DNA of 64,000 nucleotides from Planctomycetota bacterium (GTDB lineage: Bacteria; Planctomycetota; B15-G4): NCBI GenBank assembly GCA_038212275.1, contig JBBQUR010000011.1, positions 1 to 64,000 on the forward strand. The letters run 5' to 3'. The first letter of the stretch is position 1. Every line of letters begins with the position of its first letter. The position numbers were made by a program, and so were the translations under genes. This document shows, piece after piece, positions 46,945 through 55,248 of this stretch. A model generated the notes under the pieces. The model did no database searches. It was not told the DNA's origin and saw only the letters and a program-made list of their open reading frames with translations.

Positions 46945-48018
46945 TCAGCTCCCCGCGTCAGGCTCCCACCCCAGCCCCGGCAGCGTGTTCGGGAACAACG
47001 TGCCGTTGCGCAGCGTGAGGCAGCCCGCGGCCGGGTCGCCCTCCAGGTCGAGGTGACCGTCGAGATCGGCGTAGCGCACGTTGGGCCGCGCAAGCGCGAA
47101 GTGCAGGCCGGCCGCGATGGCCAGCGCGGACTCGTCCATGCAGCCGACCATCACCTCAAGACCCGCGGCACGCGCTACCGCATTCACCCGCAGCGCCTCC
47201 GCGATGCCACCCACCTTCATGAGCTTCACGTTGACCATGTCCGCCAGGTTCTTGCGCGCGATGCGGAAGGCGTCGCGCAGCGTCATCAGGCTCTCGTCGG
47301 CCATGATGGGCAGCGCGACGGCGGCGGTCACGCGGCCGAGCAGGTCAGGCTCGCCCTTGGGCGTGGGCTGCTCGACGATCTCGAGCTTCGCGCGGCGCAC
47401 GCCTTCGACGAAGCGCACCGACTGCTCGAAGCTGTAACCCTGGTTGGCGTCGAAACGCAGCTCGATGCCGTCACCCACCGCGGCGCGCACGGCGAGCACG
47501 CGCTCGATGTCGGCCTCGACGTCGCGGCCGCCCTTGAGTTTCAGGCAGCGGAAGCCCTGCGCCATGAACTGCCGCGCGCGTTCCAGGGTTTCATCCTGCG
47601 GCAGGATGCCGATGGTGATGCTCGTGCGGATGCGGTCGCGGTAGCCGCCGAGCAGCTTCCACAGCGGCAATCCCGCGGCCTTGCCGAGCAGGTCGAACAG
47701 CGCCATGTCGATGGCGGCGCGCACGGACGACGAGGCCGCGAGCGGCTCGCGCAGCAGCTCCATGAGGCGCACGTGGCGCAGCGCGTCGCAACCTCGCAGC
47801 AGCGGCTCCGCCGTGCCGCCGATGGCGAGCAGCGCACCCTCCGGCGTCTCGCCGGTGACGGCCAGGTCGGGCGCCGCGCAGCCGTAGCCGACGAGCCGCG
47901 TGTCGGTCTCGATGCGCAGGAAGACGTTGGTCACCCTGTCCACGCTCTCGTAGGCGATCACGTACGGCTCGACGAGCCGCATCGGAACCTCCCACGCGGT
48001 GACCTTCGTGATGCGCAT
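46945..48018 (-). CDS. enolase-superfamily dipeptide epimerase / N-acyl amino acid racemase (AEE/DgcA-like)
   Basis: AAIDMALFDL.GK, KLKGG, DANQGY, EQP, ADES, NVKLMKVGG, GCMDES, DLDG. Confidence 0.92.
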   Translation of the reverse strand: MRITKVTAWEVPMRLVEPYVIAYESVDRVTNVFLRIETDTRLVGYGCAAPDLAVTGETPEGALLAIGGTAEPLLRGCDALRHVRLMELLREPLAASSSVRAAIDMALFDLLGKAAGLPLWKLLGGYRDRIRTSITIGILPQDETLERARQFMAQGFRCLKLKGGRDVEADIERVLAVRAAVGDGIELRFDANQGYSFEQSVRFVEGVRRAKLEIVEQPTPKGEPDLLGRVTAAVALPIMADESLMTLRDAFRIARKNLADMVNVKLMKVGGIAEALRVNAVARAAGLEVMVGCMDESALAIAAGLHFALARPNVRYADLDGHLDLEGDPAAGCLTLRNGTLFPNTLPGLGWEPDAGS

Positions 48019-48203
48019 GGCCGCAGTATGCCGGGGGCCTCGGGCCCGAAACACTTCGGAGTCCGGACGCGCCCGCCCCGGCCACATCCGGCGTCGAGAC
48101 GTCTCCGGACGCGCGTGGCACGCCGCATCGCATCGCATCGGGCGTGGCGCCCCGCATCGCGTCGCATCGCGGCGCATCGCGGCGCGCGCTGCCGCGGCTT
48201 GCG

Positions 48204-48566
48204 TCAGGCGTCGCGGTGCACGGTGTCCGGCGTGAAGGCGGGCACGCAGACCGCGACGTATTCGGCGCCCTCGGGCAGCGGCGTGCTGTAGCGCACCCAC
48301 TCGCCGCCGGCGACCTCGATGCACTGGCCGGCGTGCACGTCGATGTCTCCGTCGCGCGAGGTGACGCGCAGCATGCCGCGCAGCACGAGCGTGTACTCGT
48401 CGAAGTCCGGTGTCTGGCCGGGTTCGCTCCAGCCGCCGGGCGAGGTCATGCGCGCGATGCTCACGCTGCCTTCTCCCGTGTTCGCGCGACCGACGAATTC
48501 TTCGATGCGCTTGGGCGGCGAGCCTGCGGCAAGCATGACGGTGGGCGCTGCGATGAGGCGTGGCAT
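48204..48566 (-). CDS. cupin-domain protein (EutQ-like)
   Basis: KRIEEFVGR, GWSEPGQTPDFDEYTLVL.G, WVRYSTP, VCVPAF. Confidence 0.85.
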   Translation of the reverse strand: MPRLIAAPTVMLAAGSPPKRIEEFVGRANTGEGSVSIARMTSPGGWSEPGQTPDFDEYTLVLRGMLRVTSRDGDIDVHAGQCIEVAGGEWVRYSTPLPEGAEYVAVCVPAFTPDTVHRDA

Positions 48567-48573
48567 GCGCCCC

Positions 48574-51246
48574 TCAATACCGCTTCTGGTAGATCTCGTC
48601 GAGGCTCATGCCCTTGAGTTCCTCCACGAACTCCACCATGTTGCGGATCATGACCTCCCACATGCGCTGGCCCTTCTCGATCGAGGCCCTGGTCGGGTCG
48701 CCCATGATGCCGGACTTGCTGATGGCCGAGGTGCGCGCGAACCACTCCACCGAGCGCTTGGACGTGAAGTCGAGGTAGCCGGAGGAGAACTTCGGCACGA
48801 ACTTCTTCGCCTTGTCCATGCGCACGAGGTGCGGCCGCAGGGCGAGCGTGGTCGAGGTCTCGATCTCGCCGGCGTGCACATCGTTGTCCGTCTCGATCAT
48901 CTCGGCGAGATCCGCGTCGGCGGTCTCGCCGGTCTCGACGCAGGTGAAGATCTTCGCGTCGCGGTTGATCTGCTGTGCCGCGAAGCGCAGGCAGGGCCGG
49001 TTGCCGCCGTGCCCGTTGATGATGATGAGCTTGGTGATGCCGTGCCGCGCGACGGACATGCCCACCTCGCGCACCATGGCCGAGAGCGTGTCGGGACCGA
49101 CGGAGATGGTGCCGGGGAAGTCGTCGTGGTGGTACGCGACGCCATAAGGGATGAGCGGCAGCACGAGCGGATGCGGCGCGCGGCACGCCGCACCGACGGC
49201 CTGCGCGAAGTACTCCGCATCGAAGGAGTCCACGTCCAGCGGAAGGTGCGGGCCGTGCTGCTCGATGCTGCCCACCGGAAGCAGCGCGATGTCCACCTCG
49301 CGGAAGCGCTTCTGCGCGTCAGGCCAGGTGAGCTCGCCGAGCATCCACGGCCGCGCGCCGGACGGGCGGCCCGTGGTCAGCGGCGCGGTGGCGCCGGCCG
49401 CATCCGGAGCTGCCGCCGCAACGGCCGGCGCTCCCGTAGCAGCTGCCGGCGCTCCCGTAGCAGCTGCCGGCGTGGCCGCAGCACGCGTCGGCGTGGCCGC
49501 GGCAGGCGCCGGCGTTGTTGCAGAACCTGCCGGAGTCGTGGGCGCGCCCGCAGCTTGTGCCGACGTCTCTGCGCGCGACGCGGGAAGGAGCCGTGCTCGC
49601 TGGCTCGCGGGATGCTTCACCGGCGGCACGATGCTCGCTTGAGCCGGCAGCTTGGCTTCGAAGGGATACGGCGTCATGAGTTCGGGATCCGAGAGCGGGT
49701 CGATGTCGATCCAGAGGCGGCCGTGCTTGCGCAGCGCGCCTTCGGCGTATTGCAGGGCGATGCGGTAGAGCGGCTCGCGCAGATCGACGGGGATGTCGTC
49801 CATCGGGGCGCGCTCCGGGTCGAAGCGCAGCTTGACGGCCTCGGGCCTCGGCCGCGCGCGCGACACGTCGTCTGCGGTCGGCTTCCACAATCCGCGTTCC
49901 TGCAGCAGCCAGAGCACGTGCTCGGCGCACTCGGCCTCCTGCGCGACGCCCTTCTTCGCAAGGACCGCGAGACATGCCTCGACCTGCGCCTGAGTGTAGC
50001 CGCAGCGCGCGGGGTCCGCGCCCACGCCGAGCAGCATGCCCACGATGCGTCGGCATTTCTCGCACGCGCCGCACGGCAGCACGCGGCCCTCGACGCTGTG
50101 CGCGGCATGACAGCTCACCTGCTCGCGCTGCAGCTCCGGGTAGCGCTGCACGAGCATCGTCTGGATGACCAGCTCCGACATCGGGCGCAGGATCGAGAAC
50201 TGGCACACGCCCCAGCCCTTGCGCGCGAAGTAGCGCGACAGCGCGTTGTCGAACCAGCGGCTCTGATCGTAGAGGCCGTCGTAGTGGCGGATGCCGGCGT
50301 GCACGGCGCGTCGGCTCGTGTCGTACTCGTCGCCGATGATGAGGCGCCCGATGCCGCGGCGGCGCAGCAGCGGCAGCGCGCCGAAGAGGAAGACGGCGAC
50401 GGTCCACAGGCGGATCGGATACTCGTCGCTGCGCACCTCCTGGAAGTTCTGCCGGATGAAGGGCATGCGCCGCAGCATCCAGGGGAAGAGCCGGTCGCTG
50501 TTGGTCCACACGCGCGCCGTGCCGGGCACGTGCTGCTCGAAATGCCGGTAGGCGTTGAGCGCCGTGAACCAGTGCCGGCCCGACTCGTTGATGTAGATCG
50601 CGTCGGTCGGCAGCCCCAGTTCGTTGAGCAGGCCCCAGGAGAGCAGGCTGTCCTTGCCGCCCGACGAGAGCACCGCGTGGCGCGACGCATCGGAGGACCA
50701 GCGCCGCGCGGCGTGCGAGCCGGAGCCCGCATGGCCGCCACGCGCACCGCGAGAAGGCACGAACGGCTCGTCGGGGAAGTCCAGCTCCGCGCGCAGGTAG
50801 CTCTCGCGGCGCACGGCGGGCAGGCCCATCGCCGGCGGCAGCAGGAACTCGTTCGGCTCGAGGATCTTCTTCACGAAGATCTCGCGCGCCGTGTTCTTCG
50901 CCATGTCGGCGAGAAACTGCCGGTCGTGCCGGTCGAACGGTCCGCGGAAGACGATGCGCTTGCAGAACAGTCCGTAGTTCAGCGCGACCTGCGCCGCGAC
51001 GAGCGCCGCGAGGTTCTGTGCCTCGGGCTCCTCCGGGTCGAAGACGTCCTCTTCCCAGCGGTAGATCAGCTCGAAGGTGTGCGCCTTGCCCCGCTGCTTC
51101 ACCGTGTACGGCGCGATGAGCCGGCGCTTCTCGACCACGACCGGCCCGACGGTCAGCGTGTCGATGCACTGCAGCGCATCGAGCGCGTCGGCCGGCGCGC
51201 GTGCGCGGCTGCCGCCTGTTCGATTCTTCCTGCGTGAGACGGTCAC
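48574..51246 (-). CDS. fusion of a PP-loop (QueC/MurL-like) ATP-binding domain and a creatininase-family amidohydrolase
   Basis: SSGGKDS and SCH...CGACEKC; Ala/Pro/Thr linker; PVGSIEQHGPHLPLDVD, INGHGGN, DVHAGEIETS. GTG start supported by TAGAGT 7 nt upstream. Confidence 0.85.
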   Translation of the reverse strand: MTVSRRKNRTGGSRARAPADALDALQCIDTLTVGPVVVEKRRLIAPYTVKQRGKAHTFELIYRWEEDVFDPEEPEAQNLAALVAAQVALNYGLFCKRIVFRGPFDRHDRQFLADMAKNTAREIFVKKILEPNEFLLPPAMGLPAVRRESYLRAELDFPDEPFVPSRGARGGHAGSGSHAARRWSSDASRHAVLSSGGKDSLLSWGLLNELGLPTDAIYINESGRHWFTALNAYRHFEQHVPGTARVWTNSDRLFPWMLRRMPFIRQNFQEVRSDEYPIRLWTVAVFLFGALPLLRRRGIGRLIIGDEYDTSRRAVHAGIRHYDGLYDQSRWFDNALSRYFARKGWGVCQFSILRPMSELVIQTMLVQRYPELQREQVSCHAAHSVEGRVLPCGACEKCRRIVGMLLGVGADPARCGYTQAQVEACLAVLAKKGVAQEAECAEHVLWLLQERGLWKPTADDVSRARPRPEAVKLRFDPERAPMDDIPVDLREPLYRIALQYAEGALRKHGRLWIDIDPLSDPELMTPYPFEAKLPAQASIVPPVKHPASQRARLLPASRAETSAQAAGAPTTPAGSATTPAPAAATPTRAAATPAAATGAPAAATGAPAVAAAAPDAAGATAPLTTGRPSGARPWMLGELTWPDAQKRFREVDIALLPVGSIEQHGPHLPLDVDSFDAEYFAQAVGAACRAPHPLVLPLIPYGVAYHHDDFPGTISVGPDTLSAMVREVGMSVARHGITKLIIINGHGGNRPCLRFAAQQINRDAKIFTCVETGETADADLAEMIETDNDVHAGEIETSTTLALRPHLVRMDKAKKFVPKFSSGYLDFTSKRSVEWFARTSAISKSGIMGDPTRASIEKGQRMWEVMIRNMVEFVEELKGMSLDEIYQKRY

Positions 51247-51264
51247 GCGGCACACTCTACGATC

Positions 51265-51279
51265 GGGAGCTGAGCTCCC
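51265..51279. promoter_or_regulatory. candidate operator GGGAGCT-G-AGCTCCC
   Basis: Perfect 7-bp inverted repeat 5 nt upstream of the TAGAGT -10 box. Confidence 0.35.
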
Positions 51280-51558
51280 ACCGCGAGAACTGGCCACGGC
51301 CCGGGTCTCGCTCCGGGCAGCGGCGCGAGTCGGCGCGAGTCGGCCGAGTCGGCGGGCGGCGACCTGCGTCGGCGGGCGTCGGCGCAGGTCGCCGTGACGG
51401 CAACCGGTGCGCTCCTGTCACGCCGGCGCGGCGATCCCGATTCGGTGGGAAGGGAAGCCTTCCGACCGGGACCTCGTCCGCCGTGCTCGCGCGGTGGACG
51501 CCTTCGGCGCCGGTCACACACCCTCGTCTGAGCCACCCTCTTCGCCGGGAGCGCACGC

Positions 51559-52812
51559 ATGTCTCGATCCAGCCTGCTCACGTCCTTCGTCGGCGCCGCG
51601 GTCCGCGGCACGCCGCTTTCCCGGCGCATCGCCCCCCGCTCCGCGTCTGCGCGGCTCGCGGCCGCGCTGCTTGTCGTGGCGGCGCTCGTCGTCGCAATGC
51701 CCGCCGCGCAGGCCGGCCTCACGCTGGCGAGCCAGTTCAACCCGGGCATCGGCCAGCTCGTCGCCGGCGCGTTCGACCCGGTCAACGGCACGGTGTGGGT
51801 GTACGGCGGATTCGGCGCCGACCTCCGCCAGTACACGCTGGCCGGCGCTTTCGTCTCGTCGATCCCGCGGCCCGGCGAGAGCGCCGATGACTTCGATCTC
51901 GAGGTCCTTCCCGCCGCGATCGTGCTCAACGGCACGCCCATCCCCGCGGGCACGCTGCTCGTGATCAACGGCGAGTCTGGCGTCGCCGAGATCTACGCCG
52001 TGGACAAGCTCACGGGCGCCGTGCTCGCCACGCTCCCCACCGCCTTCGGCACGAACCACGTCGTCGGCGGCGCCTACCACCCTGGCCGCGACAGTTTCTT
52101 CCTCGTGCAGGACAAGGTCGCGACCGGCGCGCCGAACCAGAGCCTCGTCGCGGAGGTGGACCGGGCCACCGGCGCGGTGCTCGGCAGCTTCAAGGTGGAC
52201 AGCCAGCTCCCCGGCTTCACGGTCAACTACGGCGACATCGAGGTCAGCGCGGCCACCGGCAACCTCTGGATCGTGAGCAGCGACGAGACGTCGATCGCGG
52301 AGTTCACGCCGGCGGGTGTCGTCGTGCAACAGCTCGCGCTGCCGGCGGGTGTCAGCTCGCTGAGCGGCATCGGCCTCGACGACGCGGGCGGCGGTGCGTG
52401 GGTCACGTCGTCGAGCGGCGTGGTCTCGCATCTCGGCGGCGCCACGTGGTCGCACCTCGACCACGCGCTCGCGGGCAGCGCGGGCCTGCCGACGCTCACC
52501 GGCTCCGGCACGCTCGCGTCGGGCGCGCCGACGACGCTGACCATCGCGCACGCCAAGCCGCTCTCGACGGCCTACCTGATCCTCGGCTTCGCCCAGCTCT
52601 CCGCGCCCTTCAAGGGCGGGACGCTCGTGCCGCAGCCCGACATCGTGAGCCCTGCACTCCCCGTGAGCGCCGCCGGCTCGACGGCCGTCGCCTTTCCATG
52701 GCCGGCGGGCATCCCGAGCGGATTCCCGCTCTGGTACCAGGCCTGGATCGCGGACGGCGCCGCGGCCGCAGGATTCGCCGCGACCAACGGACTGAAGTCG
52801 ATCACGCCGTGA
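51559..52812 (+). CDS. secreted beta-propeller-like protein with conserved C-terminal domain
   Basis: Signal peptide; GGAG before ATG; C-terminus shares APFKGGTLVP with 38663-41155. Confidence 0.75.
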   Translation: MSRSSLLTSFVGAAVRGTPLSRRIAPRSASARLAAALLVVAALVVAMPAAQAGLTLASQFNPGIGQLVAGAFDPVNGTVWVYGGFGADLRQYTLAGAFVSSIPRPGESADDFDLEVLPAAIVLNGTPIPAGTLLVINGESGVAEIYAVDKLTGAVLATLPTAFGTNHVVGGAYHPGRDSFFLVQDKVATGAPNQSLVAEVDRATGAVLGSFKVDSQLPGFTVNYGDIEVSAATGNLWIVSSDETSIAEFTPAGVVVQQLALPAGVSSLSGIGLDDAGGGAWVTSSSGVVSHLGGATWSHLDHALAGSAGLPTLTGSGTLASGAPTTLTIAHAKPLSTAYLILGFAQLSAPFKGGTLVPQPDIVSPALPVSAAGSTAVAFPWPAGIPSGFPLWYQAWIADGAAAAGFAATNGLKSITP

Positions 52813-52860
52813 GGGGGCGGACGCCTGACGCCTTGCGCACGCGGGCCCAGGTCAGTCGGA

Positions 52861-53961
52861 CTACGCCAGCCACGGCCGCAGCGCGTCCACCAGCACCGCG
52901 CCGCCGTGCAGCAGCGCGTCGCAACACGGCAGGCCCGTGCGGCGCGTGATGTCGGCGCACGCAGCCGGCACTGCGGCGAGGTCCATGCCCTCGTGGTTCA
53001 GCGTGACGGCGACGACCTTCGCGTTGCTGATCATCTCGACGGCCGCGATCTGCTTCTCGAGCGGGTGCATCGCGTAGCCGGGGAAGCCGTCGTACTCCTG
53101 GCGCACCGGCGCGTGCTGCATGACGACGCACGCGGGGCGGCCCGCGGCCAGCAGCTCGTAGCCGCCGGGATACGCGGGGTTCATGAGACTGCCCTGGCCC
53201 TCGAGCACGATGGCCCGCGGGTGGCCGTCGTTCCACGCGGACCACACGGCGTGCTCGATCTCGCCGGCGAGGAAGTCGTTGACGCAGGTGTCGAGCACGA
53301 TGCCGTGTTTCACGCCCTGCATCCACGCTGTCTGGCCGGTGCCGACCATGCGCGCGCTGACGCCCGCCGCCTCGAGCGCGTCGACGAGCACCCACGCGGT
53401 CGTGCGCTTGCCCACCGCGCTGTCCGTGCCGAGCACGGCGATCTTGAGCGCCGCGACCTGCTCGATGACGCCGCTGAAGAAGTGCAGCTCGCTCTTGGGA
53501 GGCGGGCGGCGCACGTCGCGCAGCACGACGCCGTGCTGCTTCGCGAGCGCGGCCAGCTCCGCGTCGTCGTTCAGGTAGTCGTGCAGGCCGCAGTCCACGT
53601 TGAGGCCGGCGGCGATGGCGGCCTTCACGTCGGCGCGGCCCGCGGGCGGCAGGCGTCCGCCGTCCGGCGCGAGGCCGACGACGAAGTGCGTCGCCGGCGT
53701 GCCGGCCGCGCGCGCGGCGGCCAGCGCCTCGGCGAGCGTCGCGAGCACGGGGATGCCCTTGGGCGTGCCGTCGAGCACGTCGGCCGCGTCGCGGCCCGCG
53801 TACGTCGCGTCGAGCACGGAAAGCACGCGGTAGCGCGCAGTGCGGCGCACGAGTCCGTGCGCGGTCTTGCCGTTGGGCGTGTTGAACGCGCCCTGACACC
53901 ACACGATGGCCGCGCCGTCGGGGCGATCGATCACGGAGCCGCGCGAGAAGGGCACGCTCAC
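52861..53961 (-). CDS. DUF1611-family protein (DgcN-like)
   Basis: GKTAHGLVR, GLAPDGG, GLHDYL, GTDSAVGKRTT, GTGQT, DFLAGEIE, EGQGSL; GTGA-coupled to the upstream gene. Confidence 0.9.
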   Translation of the reverse strand: MSVPFSRGSVIDRPDGAAIVWCQGAFNTPNGKTAHGLVRRTARYRVLSVLDATYAGRDAADVLDGTPKGIPVLATLAEALAAARAAGTPATHFVVGLAPDGGRLPPAGRADVKAAIAAGLNVDCGLHDYLNDDAELAALAKQHGVVLRDVRRPPPKSELHFFSGVIEQVAALKIAVLGTDSAVGKRTTAWVLVDALEAAGVSARMVGTGQTAWMQGVKHGIVLDTCVNDFLAGEIEHAVWSAWNDGHPRAIVLEGQGSLMNPAYPGGYELLAAGRPACVVMQHAPVRQEYDGFPGYAMHPLEKQIAAVEMISNAKVVAVTLNHEGMDLAAVPAACADITRRTGLPCCDALLHGGAVLVDALRPWLA

Positions 53962-55103
53962 GAGCGCCGCCCCGTCAGCACGCACACGTAGCGGTCGCCG
54001 GGGAGCGGCTCCTGCTTGTGGCGGTTGAGCAGCGCGACCAGGCCCGCGGTGCTGGCGGGCAGGACGTGCAGGCCTTCGCGCTCGCGCAGCATGCGTGCGC
54101 AGGCGAGCAGCTCGCGGTCGGAGGCGTCGTCGGCCCAGCCGTTGCTGAGGCGGATCGCGGCGAGCGCTTCGTCGCCGTCGCTGCTGCGCCAGTTGATGAG
54201 CGGCTCATTCACGACGGTCTCGCGGATGGATTGCGGCGACAGGTCCTCGCACGTCACCAGGTTCTTGGCGAAGGCCTGCACGATGGGATTCTTGCGGAAG
54301 CTGCTGCCGGCCACCATGCGCGGCACGCGCGAAGTCTTGCCGCGGCGGTCGAGGCTCTGGAAGCCCTTGAGAATGCCCGCCAGCGTCGTGCCGTTGCTCA
54401 CCGGCACCGCGCACGCGAAGGGCGCGTCGCGCAGATCGTCGTAGATCTCGGCCGCGATCTGCCCGTACTTCTTGAGCTGCAAGGCGGTGTTGGCGCCGCC
54501 GGGGTTGGCGTCGTAGAGGCCCTCGCTCGCGGCGAGCAGGCGAGAGTGCTCCACGGTGCCCTCGTAGTCGCGCGGCACGCGCACGATCTCCGCCCCGTAA
54601 CCCTCCATCTCGGCGATGCGCCGCGTGTGATACTGCTCGGGGATGCAGATCACGCAGCGCAGTCCGCCGAGCCACGCGGCCAGCGCGAGCGCCGCGCCGA
54701 AGTTGCCGCAGGTCGCCACGGTGATGGCGTCGAAGTCGCGCCGGATCGCGTCGTGGCACTGCCCGAAGGCGATGCGGTCCTTCTGCGTGCCGGTCGGGTT
54801 GCCGCCCTCGAACTTCAGGAAGATCTGGCGCAGGTTGACGTCGCGCTCGAGATTGCGCGCGCGCGCCAGCGTCGTGTCGCCCACCTCGCTGTCGATGATC
54901 TCCTGATAGGCCTCGACGCGCGCCTCGAGGTGGCGGCCGCGGTCGGCCGCGATGACGCGCTGCTCCTCGATATCCGGCGTGAGCGCGAGGCGCGGGGACG
55001 TGGCGCCGTCGAGCATCGGCAGCACGCGTTCTTCGGCGGGCGTGAGGGCTTCGCCGCTCCTGCCGGCGTCGGGTGAAGACAACTCGGGCCGTGTTTCCGT
55101 CAT
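53958..55103 (-). CDS. fold-type II PLP-dependent enzyme (threonine synthase-like)
   Basis: GDTTL, LKFEGGNPTGTQKDR (PLP lysine), ATCGNFG, VPVSNGTTL, EGLHVLPAS, VLTG. Confidence 0.88.
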   Translation of the reverse strand: MTETRPELSSPDAGRSGEALTPAEERVLPMLDGATSPRLALTPDIEEQRVIAADRGRHLEARVEAYQEIIDSEVGDTTLARARNLERDVNLRQIFLKFEGGNPTGTQKDRIAFGQCHDAIRRDFDAITVATCGNFGAALALAAWLGGLRCVICIPEQYHTRRIAEMEGYGAEIVRVPRDYEGTVEHSRLLAASEGLYDANPGGANTALQLKKYGQIAAEIYDDLRDAPFACAVPVSNGTTLAGILKGFQSLDRRGKTSRVPRMVAGSSFRKNPIVQAFAKNLVTCEDLSPQSIRETVVNEPLINWRSSDGDEALAAIRLSNGWADDASDRELLACARMLREREGLHVLPASTAGLVALLNRHKQEPLPGDRYVCVLTGRRS

Positions 55104-55248
55104 AGGCGCCACACACTAAGCGATGGCGCTGGCGGCAACCATCAAGCGGGCAGCGACGGGTCGGCTACAATCCCGCGCCCTGCAACCGGTCGCGCCCCGC
55201 AACCGGTCACGCCCCGAAACATGTCGCGCCCCACCCCGAGAGACACCC

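Noticed and set aside
46014..47155. Diversity-generating retroelement TR/VR pair
   Set aside because: There is no reverse transcriptase in the window, and the differences include indels and non-adenine changes.
51390..51520. Hairpins with AAGGGAA resembling a cobalamin riboswitch
   Set aside because: The B12-box and other conserved elements could not be found; hairpins are expected by chance at this GC content.
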